Of a stretch of 64,000 bases of DNA, positions 29,173-38,182 are shown in pieces. The notes beneath the pieces are model-generated. The model was not told the DNA's origin and made no database searches. It was given only the letters and a program-made list of their open reading frames with translations. The position numbers and the translations under genes were made by a program. The stretch's first letter is position 1. Every line of letters starts with the position of its first letter. The stretch comes from Oligoflexia bacterium. GTDB taxonomy: Bacteria; Bdellovibrionota_C; UBA2361; JAFLCA01. The stretch lies in the NCBI GenBank assembly GCA_019694465.1, contig JAIBBV010000006.1, forward strand, positions 18,843 through 82,842, read 5' to 3'.

Positions 29173-30311
29173 TTTTCTATCCCTTGTATAGCCCCTGACC
29201 GCACTTGTAAAAGCGTTGGGGTGCGCGGAACTCCTCCCGTGGGATCGAAGCTAATTGTGCCAGAGGCTCCAGCATAGTTATGAATTGCCTGTAACTGCTC
29301 ACGAATTTTATCGGGCGCTAAGCTATTTGCTAATTCTGCCGCTCGCGCGTACAGATGTATGGCATCGTAGGCGGTATCAGAGGAGATGCCAGGCTTCTTT
29401 CCAAAGGCATCTTGAAAGCGACTTTTAAACCAATTTTGTGATTCAGGGTAACGTCCGAAGACTACTCCCTCCAATGTTCCTGAGGCAGCGGTGAGAGTAG
29501 TTTCATCAACTAGAACCGATAGCACAGGGCCATCGAAACCCAGCCCTCTCAGTTGCTTGGCGGCATTGCCTTCTTGATCGCCTAGGCACGTAAAGAGTAT
29601 TGCCTGCGGTTGCGCTCTGATGAGTCTGGTTGCCTCAGCATTTAGCAGATTCTGTGTAGGCACAGGCTCTTCCATCGCGACTACCTGCCCACCAAGACCA
29701 ACCAACTCCTCACTAAATGCAGCAGCCTGAGTTTGTGACCACTGTTGTGTGGCACTCATGATCGCAACACGCTTCAGTTCATGTTCATAAGCATAGTGTG
29801 CCAGGCGACGCGCGATTCCTTCGTCGTGCGGCCAGGTATTGAATAGATTTGGAGAGGCTTCGTTGAAATTCTTTACTCCAAGCGATGGGGAAATCATCAA
29901 AAACTCAGTATCGCGCTCAGCAAGTGGGGCAAGCGCGAGTCCAGCAGGCGTCCAGGTTGGACCCAGGAAAAGTGAAATCCCTTCATTTCGACGTAAATGA
30001 TGGAAGGCGTTTATAGCTTCAGTTGGCTGCTCCTCCTGACTGTCTTGAGGCACTAGCTCAATTTTACGGCCTAACACTCCACCAGTACGGTTAAGCTCCT
30101 CCACTGCAAGTAGGGCCCCTCGCAGTGACTCATTGCCCCACTCGGCGCATATGCCAGTCAGGCAAAGCACTGCTCCAATGCGGATGTTGGCAGAATCCCT
30201 AGCAGTGGAGCCCCCAGATACTAGGCGCTCACGCCAGGACCAGAGCAGCAGCGAGGATCCAGCGATAGCCAAACTGGTGACGGTTATTAGTAATGAGTTG
30301 CTCACGCGCAT
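29169..30311 (-). CDS. periplasmic substrate-binding protein, LivK/Peripla_BP_6 family (orphan, no permease genes adjacent)
   Basis: Signal/anchor sequence, then …IGAVLCLTGICAEWGNESLRGALLAVEELN… typical of type-I periplasmic binding proteins for amino acids/amides. Confidence 0.6.
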   Translation of the reverse strand: MRVSNSLLITVTSLAIAGSSLLLWSWRERLVSGGSTARDSANIRIGAVLCLTGICAEWGNESLRGALLAVEELNRTGGVLGRKIELVPQDSQEEQPTEAINAFHHLRRNEGISLFLGPTWTPAGLALAPLAERDTEFLMISPSLGVKNFNEASPNLFNTWPHDEGIARRLAHYAYEHELKRVAIMSATQQWSQTQAAAFSEELVGLGGQVVAMEEPVPTQNLLNAEATRLIRAQPQAILFTCLGDQEGNAAKQLRGLGFDGPVLSVLVDETTLTAASGTLEGVVFGRYPESQNWFKSRFQDAFGKKPGISSDTAYDAIHLYARAAELANSLAPDKIREQLQAIHNYAGASGTISFDPTGGVPRTPTLLQVRSGAIQGIEN

Positions 30312-30427
30312 AAGGCCTCCTTTGTCTTGAGGCTGATGTTACGTGAGTCAAAAAAGTAATGTCGTAGTTATATAATTGTCTCTATTATATAGTAGATATA
30401 ATATACTGATATAGTTATATTATTTAG

Positions 30428-30469
30428 TGTCGATAAATTGCGACATTATGCTGTCGATGAACTGTCGAC
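30428..30469 (+). promoter_or_regulatory. cluster of TGTCGA/TCGACA half-sites (tgtcg-N8-cgaca; tgtcga-N5-tgtcgac) in an AT-rich divergent promoter region; candidate operator for the adjacent TrmB-family regulator
   Basis: Read directly. Preceded by a ~60-bp TATA-rich tract at 30362-30425. Confidence 0.35.
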
Positions 30470-31241
30470 GTTAGGCTTGACTATGATCGAGAATTTGCTC
30501 CAAGAAATTGGTTTCTCTGAAAAGGAGACCAAAGTGTATTTGCTGCTGGCCGAGGCCGGCAAATCAACTGTGCAGTTGCTAGCGCGACGGGCCGGCATGC
30601 CGCGCACAACCGCATACTCGGTGCTGGAAAACTTGCAGCAACGTGGCCTTGTGTCTGCAGAACATAAGCATGGGACCACCTTCTATGTTATTCAGCAGGC
30701 CAGTGCGCTTCTAAGAATGGTTAACAAGGAACAGGAAGCTCTCAAGCGTAAGGAGGCCAAGACTAAAGAGCTTGTGGAGCTAATAAAGCCATACTTTAAA
30801 TCGAAGTTCTTTAGCGTACCACGCATCCAATTTTTCGAAGGTCATATGGCAATTGAAAACTTGTTATATGACCACACTAAAGAGTGGCTTAATGCGGTGT
30901 ATCAAACCGATTGGACTTGGTGGGGATACCAGGATCATACTTTTGTAGAGCACTATCGCGAATGGCTTGAATGGGTTTGGCAGATCAAGAACCCACAAAT
31001 GAAGATCTGGCTATTGTCAAACCAGGCCAGTACCCCGACCGAGAAGGACATAAATGTGGGCAATCGGATAATCAAGCCCATCGCCCAGGGCAATGATTTT
31101 AATAGCACTGTTTGGGTAGCCGGAGACTTTGTAATAATGCTTATGACCCGAGAAGAGCCATACTACGCATTCCAGCTGCGTGATGCAGTATTTGCTGGAA
31201 ATATGCGCTTCGTCTTTAAATTGCTCTGGAATGCTCTTTAG
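30438..31241 (+). CDS. TrmB-family transcriptional regulator
   Basis: N-terminal HTH (…LQEIGFSEKETKVYLLLAEAGKSTVQLLARRAGMPRTTAYSVLENLQQRGLV…) typical of TrmB. The likely true start is ATG 30483. Confidence 0.6.
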   Translation: MRHYAVDELSTLGLTMIENLLQEIGFSEKETKVYLLLAEAGKSTVQLLARRAGMPRTTAYSVLENLQQRGLVSAEHKHGTTFYVIQQASALLRMVNKEQEALKRKEAKTKELVELIKPYFKSKFFSVPRIQFFEGHMAIENLLYDHTKEWLNAVYQTDWTWWGYQDHTFVEHYREWLEWVWQIKNPQMKIWLLSNQASTPTEKDINVGNRIIKPIAQGNDFNSTVWVAGDFVIMLMTREEPYYAFQLRDAVFAGNMRFVFKLLWNAL

Positions 31242-31331
31242 CGAGACTCTGAATACCAGTGCACAACACTAACGATGCGAGCAGCATCTCCTGCAATTAC
31301 TACTCAACGGTATTTACAAGACAGCTATTTG

Positions 31332-31796
31332 CTACTTGCCATTGTTACGCACAGGTATTACCAGCACTGGACATGGGGCTGATAGGAGAACCTTTTGCAC
31401 AGTACTGCCAAGGACAAGACTAGCTAGTGCGCCGTGGCCGCGCGTGGCTATTACGATCAAATCACAGTTGTGACGTCTAGCATAATCTGTAATTTCCACG
31501 CCCTCTGAGCGCGAGGAAATTAGGACATGCGTCGAAACTTTCTGGCTGTGGAACTTCTCACTGGCTAACTTAGTCAAGCGCTTCTCAGATCCAGCCATGA
31601 CCTGGGCACGATACTCGTCAATTTTCTCTGGTACTGGCACATATTCGAGTAATGAAGGAGGTACCTCCCAATCAGGTACTACTGTTAGGAGCGTAATTGC
31701 TGAGCCTTCCATTTTGGCTTGATAGGCAGCAATGTCAAAGGCTGCCATGGAAGCGTCAGAGAAGTCGGTGGTTACTAGAATGTGCTTATAGTGCAT
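31332..31796 (-). CDS. universal stress protein (UspA family)
   Basis: …ILVTTDFSDAS…LLTVV… and C-terminal …VIATRGHGALASLVLGSTVQKVLLSAPCPVLVIP ATP-binding motif. Confidence 0.8.
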   Translation of the reverse strand: MHYKHILVTTDFSDASMAAFDIAAYQAKMEGSAITLLTVVPDWEVPPSLLEYVPVPEKIDEYRAQVMAGSEKRLTKLASEKFHSQKVSTHVLISSRSEGVEITDYARRHNCDLIVIATRGHGALASLVLGSTVQKVLLSAPCPVLVIPVRNNGK

Positions 31797-32199
31797 GCAG
31801 CCCCCGTAGTTAACTAGAACCTATCTCATTAATACACTTTGAGGCAGGTTTTTGGATTGCTAGGCCCAACAAATCGGGCTTGCAATATGAAGTGGGCCTT
31901 CGTCTTCAGTGCTTCTTAGGCCCTTCTAATCGACAATACAACTACTAGCATATCCACTACTTGAGATAATGCCCATACCCTGATAATTCAAGACCTAAGC
32001 TCATAATATGCTGTCGTGAGAGTTAACTTAAATGCATTGAGTTTGGCCTAGTTCACTAGCTCAGAACATGCACTGATTGGCCTGCATTGTTTGCGTTTAA
32101 TTGTTCATTCTTGTATCGCGCATTCAAATATGAGCCGGCGACAGCATACTGCAATTGTTAAATGCATTCGCGGGTAACCTTAATTATACGGTACTTTTT

Positions 32200-32409
32200 A
32201 TGCGATACATCAAGCTTTCCATTCTTGTTGCTTTGACATTCCTCCTCTCAAGCTGCGGTGGGGGCGGTTCGCATGCCGTGTATGTGAATCGTAGTACTAC
32301 ACTGGGGCAAGAGCTCAATGACCTGCAATCAGCGCTGCAGAAAGGTGTTGTAACTGAAGATGAGTATAAAGAGCAGCGAGCAAAGTTGCTGCGTGGGCAA
32401 GACTCATAA
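32200..32409 (+). CDS. small lipoprotein with SHOCT-like C-terminal motif
   Basis: Lipobox LLSSC after an MRYIKLSILVALTF signal. C-terminal …LNDLQSALQKGVVTEDEYKEQRAKLL resembles the SHOCT (short C-terminal) domain. Confidence 0.45.
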   Translation: MRYIKLSILVALTFLLSSCGGGGSHAVYVNRSTTLGQELNDLQSALQKGVVTEDEYKEQRAKLLRGQDS

Positions 32410-32704
32410 GGACTACTGTCAGTCAGTTTAATGTGTAGTGTCGTGATGTAGGAATGGCTTGGTCCATCATCAGCCACGTTTGCAAAATGGATAGCTTGCT
32501 ATGACCCTATATCCATAGGTAGGTTACCTTTCTGCATCTCGTTGGGCGAGCCCAGCATGCCTAGCGTCCTGGCGTGCCTGCAGACCAGCTAAGCAACTAA
32601 CTATGAAAGTTTTTTAGCTAGGGCTCGTCTCTGCCGGCATGCGCGATACGCAGTCCGTATCTTGAACTTTCTGTAGGGGATGTCAGAAGGGGAGTAAAAG
32701 AGTA

Positions 32705-32741
32705 GCGGGAGTAATAAGTCTTTAAGACTTACCACTCCCGC
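32705..32741. other. 37-nt compound palindrome (gcgggagt aa taagtctt t aagactta cc actcccgc) in a 560-bp non-coding gap between convergent genes
   Basis: Read directly. Two nested 8-bp inverted repeats with no flanking U-tract. Confidence 0.5.
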
Positions 32742-32970
32742 CGGGTGGCGATGCGGGGGTTTGGTGTGTGGTCATTTCTGTAAGCGTGCATCTTGCGCAC
32801 CCGCAATAATAGTATGCATGCTTTTTTCGCGAATGTCACATATTTGAATAAACTTTTTTTATGTATCGCTGATGGATGTAAGTCCTTGAATTACCTGATG
32901 AATAGTCTTGGCGATGGGAGCCAATTTCTAGGTAAAATTATGAGGCAAGCACGATGATAATGTGTGCCGA

Positions 32971-33990
32971 TCATGGTCCCGTTAAAGGCTGGGCCAGCCC
33001 GCCAAGAAGGGCTGCCAAGTCTCTATCAGAAGCCTCGCTCAGCATCGCTAGGGCGTCATAGGGCTCTCCCTGCAGCCCAAGAATCTGGGCGATAGCAGGT
33101 TCAGTTGCATGACCTGCTCGCTTAAGCGCTCGAATCTCTTCGCGCAGCACATCGCCTCCAATTGCCAGCAGTCTTGCGGTGACAACTAGATGTAGATAAG
33201 CGCGTTGCTCCTCGACTTGGATACTAGAAGCGAATAGCTCAATCTCAAATTTTGACAATCGAAAGCCACAAACAACTGAAGCATCGTTTCTTTGCCGAAC
33301 AAAAAAGTTATCAAGGCTTCCAAAGTTAGCGCGAGCTACTTGGGAGAATCTCTCGAGGTTGGGAGCGTAGCAAATGATATCTACGTCACTGTTGGGCGTA
33401 TCTATATCTAAGCAAATCGTGCTTACCACTACAGGGTTGAATTCGGAAAGCAGTTCTAAAAGTTTATGATCGACAAGTGCATCGTGCATGGCGCGCTGCC
33501 GATTGTTCCCTGACTTTAGGTAAGAAATATCGCTCCAGTTGCGCGACGCAATTTGTGCACAGTTTTCACGGCTAACAGCGCTTAGGGGGCGAAGGCACTC
33601 TGTACTTTCAAAAATGTGATCATCCGGCCAGGTGATGCCAACGGCGATAGCCTGTTGCTTTAACTGAGCAAGGTCGTCTACTCGGCGGTATGCCCACCTT
33701 CGCCAGCGTGGGACTGCTAGCGACCACCAGCTCCAAGCCGCAACGATGCTGGTTAGAAACACAATCAATCCAAGCCAACTGTAGTCACGGGAGATCTCTC
33801 CTTGCTCGATATAAGTCGAAAATATCCAAAGTGGGCAAGAAAGATAAACTAGAACTGGAACGTTAACCCAGATTAGCCCAAACCAAATAGCCTTGCCTAC
33901 CGATAAGGTCCTGCTGACATTCCTAGTTTCTTGAGGTTGAGGGGTGTCCATCTCGATTGGAGAATATCTTGATATGCACATCAGAGCCAA
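32971..33990 (-). CDS. membrane-anchored hypothetical protein (2 N-terminal TM helices) with a possible nucleotidyltransferase-like C-terminal domain
   Basis: A hydrophobic N-terminal pair, then …VVSTICLDIDTPNSDVDIICYAPN… resembling a pol-beta-type NTase acidic motif. Weak. Confidence 0.4.
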   Translation of the reverse strand: MALMCISRYSPIEMDTPQPQETRNVSRTLSVGKAIWFGLIWVNVPVLVYLSCPLWIFSTYIEQGEISRDYSWLGLIVFLTSIVAAWSWWSLAVPRWRRWAYRRVDDLAQLKQQAIAVGITWPDDHIFESTECLRPLSAVSRENCAQIASRNWSDISYLKSGNNRQRAMHDALVDHKLLELLSEFNPVVVSTICLDIDTPNSDVDIICYAPNLERFSQVARANFGSLDNFFVRQRNDASVVCGFRLSKFEIELFASSIQVEEQRAYLHLVVTARLLAIGGDVLREEIRALKRAGHATEPAIAQILGLQGEPYDALAMLSEASDRDLAALLGGLAQPLTGP

Positions 33991-34121
33991 TTTTTGAGAC
34001 TTCTTTGTGCAAGAAAAGGTAACGTCATATTTGAAAATGCAGGGTTAAATTTCTATGAACTATTGAGTATACTTGAACGCGTTGATTCTAGCGAAAACAT
34101 TCGTGCGGGGATGGTACAAAT

Positions 34122-34796
34122 TTGTTGTTGGCAAAATATATTATGAATAAAAAGAGACTGCACATTCTAACCGATACTGACTCGCTTGTGTCGGAGTATT
34201 TAGCTGAATTGCGAAATATAAGGATTCAAGGGAATAGAGAGCGATTTCGGCAAAACTTACGGCGCATAGGAATATGCCTAGCTTACGAAATAAGTAAGCA
34301 ACTGAAATACACTAAACAAAACGTGCGTACGCCGCTTGGATCCAAGGTTTGCAGTGTGATTGGGCAACAGCCTGTAGTTGGATCAGTACTGCGGGCCGGA
34401 GTCGCGCTTCACGAGGGACTACTAGAGATGTTCCCTGATGCGGACAACGCCTTTGTTGGGGCATACCGACAGGAAGGGTCGGCAAAAGTTGCGGTTAAGC
34501 TAGATTATGTGGGCGCCCCGAAACTAAGGGGTCGTGTACTAATTTTTGGAGACCCTATGCTGGCCTCTGGAACCTCTATGATCCAGGCATTGCGTGCCGT
34601 TATGCGGTTTGGACAGCCCAAAGCACTTTACCTAGCTGCTGTTATTGCCAGCAGGCAAGGAGTAGCCCGCGTACTTAAGGAATTTCCTGAGGCGAATCTG
34701 TGGGTTGGGGCTATGGATCCCAAACTGGACGCTAAGGCCTATATAGTGCCGGGCCTGGGGGACGCTGGCGATCTGGCATTTGGGCCAAAAGTTTAA
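34122..34796 (+). CDS. upp: uracil phosphoribosyltransferase
   Basis: …VLIFGDPMLASGTSM… PRPP-binding loop and C-terminal …YIVPGLGDAGDLAFGPK, the UPRTase signature. Confidence 0.85.
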   Translation: MLLAKYIMNKKRLHILTDTDSLVSEYLAELRNIRIQGNRERFRQNLRRIGICLAYEISKQLKYTKQNVRTPLGSKVCSVIGQQPVVGSVLRAGVALHEGLLEMFPDADNAFVGAYRQEGSAKVAVKLDYVGAPKLRGRVLIFGDPMLASGTSMIQALRAVMRFGQPKALYLAAVIASRQGVARVLKEFPEANLWVGAMDPKLDAKAYIVPGLGDAGDLAFGPKV

Positions 34797-34864
34797 CGAG
34801 AGTTTAATGTAGTTTTTTTCAACACCTGCCTCCCCTTCTCGATTACTAATTAGGAAGGGGTCGC

Positions 34865-35653
34865 ATGTACGCAGAAACCGTGAGCACAGAAGCACACAAG
34901 AGTCGCCGAGACGCGCTAATCGAAGAGTACCGTAACTATGTTAGTGCGGTGGTTGGGCATTTGATCTCGAGCATGGGGCTGCCACGAAGTTGCTCAGACG
35001 AATTTATTGCAGCAGGCTATTTGGGTCTAGTAGAGGCAGCTGAGCGCTTTGACTTTTCATCCGGGTATCCATTTAAGAACTTTGCTTTCTTGCGCATTCG
35101 CGGCGCAATTATAGATAGCATCCGCGAGTGCTCTGAATTAACCGGCAAAGCCTACCGCTATGCACGAGCGCTCAAGGCGGCCCAGGAAATGCGTGAAGAT
35201 GACGAAGCTTTAGCCACACTTTCTGCCAGTGGTTTCAATGTAAACAGTCAAGTTACCCTCAATGCTGTGATGGGTTACCTAGGCCAGAGTGTGGTAGCGA
35301 ATCGTCTGAATGTGGTGAGTTTCCACGGCCTCTTAAATGCTGAACCAGGTGTTGAAGCTAGCCCGGAGGCCAATTTCCTGCGCCGTGAGGATATTGAGAA
35401 AATGCGAATTTTGGTGCGCGAGTTGCCGAAGCGTGAGCGCACTGTCGTTGAGGAGTTCTACTTCAAGGGGCGCCCTTTCATAGAAATTGGCCAGAAGATG
35501 GGGGGCTACTCAAAGTCTTGGGTTTCGCGGGTGCATTCCAGCGCACTTAAGGCCCTTTTAGAGGCTTATAGTAAGATTCAGGAACTACAAGAGAAGCCCT
35601 GCCCTAAAGTATCCAATTCAAACGGGCGTACTAAGAAAAAGTCTCGCGCTTAA
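34865..35653 (+). CDS. sigma-70 family alternative sigma factor, group 3 (FliA/WhiG sigma-28-like)
   Basis: Region 2 (…DEFIAAGYLGLVEAAERFD…FKNFAFLRIRGAIIDSIRE…) and region 4.2 (…IEIGQKMGGYSKSWVSRVHSSALKAL…). About 260 aa with no region 1.1. Confidence 0.7.
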   Translation: MYAETVSTEAHKSRRDALIEEYRNYVSAVVGHLISSMGLPRSCSDEFIAAGYLGLVEAAERFDFSSGYPFKNFAFLRIRGAIIDSIRECSELTGKAYRYARALKAAQEMREDDEALATLSASGFNVNSQVTLNAVMGYLGQSVVANRLNVVSFHGLLNAEPGVEASPEANFLRREDIEKMRILVRELPKRERTVVEEFYFKGRPFIEIGQKMGGYSKSWVSRVHSSALKALLEAYSKIQELQEKPCPKVSNSNGRTKKKSRA

Positions 35654-35817
35654 GGCAACATCGTAGCCGCTACTCGTAAATAATTTGCAGACCGCAGATC
35701 CTAAGCTGAGCCTAGGGGCAGGCAGGAGAATTGTCGATTACTAGATATGTTACAATGTGCTAAACACCCATCATAACTAAGGAGGGAAGTTTATGTGTCG
35801 CTATTAAGGCATGTTGT

Positions 35818-36201
35818 ATGGCTCACAAGATACTTAGTTACTTGCTGCTAGTTCTCCTTGCATCTCTAGCGCAAGTACAGCCAACCTACGCACAGGCAAA
35901 AACATCTGTTTTGACTCTGCCCATGCATGTGGAAGACTCAAATATACCAGTCCTAATTGGACTCCCCGGGACTGCTACCATGGCAGCCAGTGCCGGCAGA
36001 TATAGTAGCGTACTGCTTAGACATCAAGATATTGCGATTTGTCCGCCTTGTGAATGTACGTTAGCGATAGATGATTCGATTGATTTATACGTACGGATTT
36101 GCATCACCGCGCGTTGCCCGAGCTCAAATTTTCAAGATGATTGGGCGAGATTTTGTAGCGATTACATATCGCGGAATACAGCCTGGCAGCGAATCAATTA
36201 G
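35818..36201 (+). CDS. small secreted Cys-rich hypothetical protein
   Basis: Signal peptide MAHKILSYLLLVLLASLAQVQPTYAQA; 8 Cys in the mature part. Fits the gap between the sigma factor gene and convergent cysNC. Confidence 0.35.
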   Translation: MAHKILSYLLLVLLASLAQVQPTYAQAKTSVLTLPMHVEDSNIPVLIGLPGTATMAASAGRYSSVLLRHQDIAICPPCECTLAIDDSIDLYVRICITARCPSSNFQDDWARFCSDYISRNTAWQRIN

Positions 36202-36277
36202 TCGCGCCAAACAGATCGAGTCCAGCTGGAGGCGCTGAATAGCACTCGACCCAATGCGCCAAGCGCAAGTTCCACCA

Positions 36278-38182
36278 TCAACTAATCGCAATAATTCTGG
36301 CGACACATTCGGTAATCGTTGAATTTGCTGTGTCGAGTTTAAGCGCTGGATTAAGCGGTGGTTCATACGGGGAACCGATGCCTGTGAATTCAGGGATTTC
36401 CCCTTTCCGCGCCTTTTTGTAGAGGCCATGCGGGTCGCGCGCCTCACATACTTGCAGTGGTACATCCAAGTAAATCTCGACGAAACGTTCGCTGCCAATT
36501 ATGCTGCGAGCAGCAGCACGGTCTCTCCTAAATGGTGATACCAAGCTACAAATCACGCTCATGCCAGCTTCGTTAAAAAGTTTGGCCACTTCAGCCGTTC
36601 GACGCACATTCTCCCCGCGGTCCTCAATCGAGAACCCCAAATCCCTGTTAAGCCCGCTTCGAAGATAATCACCATCCAAGTGGAATATTGGAATTTTTTT
36701 ATCAAATAACGCACGTTCCAGGGCTCTGGCTATGCTCGATTTCCCTGAACCCGATAAGCCTGTAAGCCAGTACGTCTTAGCTCGAACGCCGGAGAGTTCC
36801 TCACGCTCTGCTTGCTCCACCAGTTTTGTATCGATATGTAGGTTTCTAGCTTGCTCGGCCGACTGGCGACGTAGCAATTGATTGGCCCAATAATCATTTC
36901 CGAGAGAATCGATGATCATTCCTGCCCCAACTGTATTATAGCTGATGGGATCTATTAGGATGAAGCTGCCCATGGCGCGGTTTCTCTCATACGGATCTAT
37001 CCACATAGGTTTGGTAGATTTGATAGTCCATCGAGCGATTTCATTCAATTGCATCCCGCCTCCGGGGAGACACTTGAGAGAAGAGCAATCAATCTTATAT
37101 TTGCAATTCTGAAGTATTACTTTGCTGTCGAAGGAGGCATGTTTAAGCAATAGAGTCAGGCCAGCATCGACATGATCCGCGCTCATCCAAATGATCATGG
37201 CGTCAAGCTCGCTGCGGGTCTCTGGAATATTATTGGAATCCACGAGAATTGATCCCCTTCCGACATCTAGATGGCGGTCGAGTACAACAGTCACGGATTT
37301 GCCAGCGCAGGCTTGCTCATATTGCTGCATTGTGCCGTCGATTCCAAGTTGCACTAATTGATGAATGCGCGCCTTGGTCTGACTGGGGAGAACAGTTACC
37401 TCGCAACCAACCCGCAATACACCTGAACAAACCTTGCCACCATAGCCCCTGAATGTTGCGCTTGGGTTTATTGTGCACTGGATGGGCACACGTAAGTCCA
37501 GCTGATTTAGATCGCTCTCGACTGGCGCAGTCTCTAAAATTTCGAGTACTGTTGACCCCTGATACCAGGGCATTTTTCTGCTGTTAACAGCGACATTGTC
37601 TCCGTGCAAGGCAGATATGGGGATGAAGGATAGCATGCCAAGGTTCAAATGATTCGCAAACGCAAGAAAATCCTTATTAATCTGATCGAATACTTCCTGC
37701 CGATAATCCACGAGATCCATTTTATTGACGGCCACAATTACTCGAGGAACACGCATTAGAGCTGAGATGAACGCATGGCGCTTCGTTTGCGGGAGGACGC
37801 CCTTGCTCGCGTCGATAAGTATGATAGTGAGCTCAGCGTTTGACGCTGCCGTCGCCATGTTACGGGTGTACTGCTCATGGCCAGGACTATCCACTAAAAT
37901 GAAACGCCGCTTGAGGGTAGAGAAGTAACGATAGGCAACGTCAATAGTAATGCCCTGCTCTTGTTCAGCTTTAAGCCCATCGGTAACTAATGCGAAGTCC
38001 AAAAGCGACGAGGTATTTCGTTTAGAACGTGCTTGCAGAGAGCTAAGCTGGTCGTCGAATAGGGCTCCCGTGTCGTAAAGTAACCTTCCTAGCAGGGTAG
38101 ATTTTCCATCATCAACAGATCCAGCTGTTGAAAAGCATAATAACTCTTGTCGTAGGGGGCTGGCTGAATCCGAGAGTAGCAT
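36278..38182 (-). CDS. cysNC: bifunctional sulfate adenylyltransferase subunit 1 (CysN GTPase) / adenylylsulfate kinase (CysC)
   Basis: N-terminal GTPase motifs (GSVDDGKST, DSPGH, NKMD). C-terminal APS kinase P-loop (GLSGSGKSS) and …FVEIYLDVPLQVCEARDPHGLYKKARKGEIPEFTGI…. Confidence 0.9.
   Translation of the reverse strand: MLLSDSASPLRQELLCFSTAGSVDDGKSTLLGRLLYDTGALFDDQLSSLQARSKRNTSSLLDFALVTDGLKAEQEQGITIDVAYRYFSTLKRRFILVDSPGHEQYTRNMATAASNAELTIILIDASKGVLPQTKRHAFISALMRVPRVIVAVNKMDLVDYRQEVFDQINKDFLAFANHLNLGMLSFIPISALHGDNVAVNSRKMPWYQGSTVLEILETAPVESDLNQLDLRVPIQCTINPSATFRGYGGKVCSGVLRVGCEVTVLPSQTKARIHQLVQLGIDGTMQQYEQACAGKSVTVVLDRHLDVGRGSILVDSNNIPETRSELDAMIIWMSADHVDAGLTLLLKHASFDSKVILQNCKYKIDCSSLKCLPGGGMQLNEIARWTIKSTKPMWIDPYERNRAMGSFILIDPISYNTVGAGMIIDSLGNDYWANQLLRRQSAEQARNLHIDTKLVEQAEREELSGVRAKTYWLTGLSGSGKSSIARALERALFDKKIPIFHLDGDYLRSGLNRDLGFSIEDRGENVRRTAEVAKLFNEAGMSVICSLVSPFRRDRAAARSIIGSERFVEIYLDVPLQVCEARDPHGLYKKARKGEIPEFTGIGSPYEPPLNPALKLDTANSTITECVARIIAIS

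Noticed and set aside
32410-32970. Attempt to identify the long non-coding gap as tmRNA, RNase P RNA, SRP RNA or 6S RNA
   Set aside because: None of the conserved landmarks were found on either strand: the tmRNA tag reading frame and 3-prime CCA-acceptor mimic, RNase P P4 and GNRA motifs, or the SRP domain IV GGAA/AGCA loop. Only the generic palindrome is reported.
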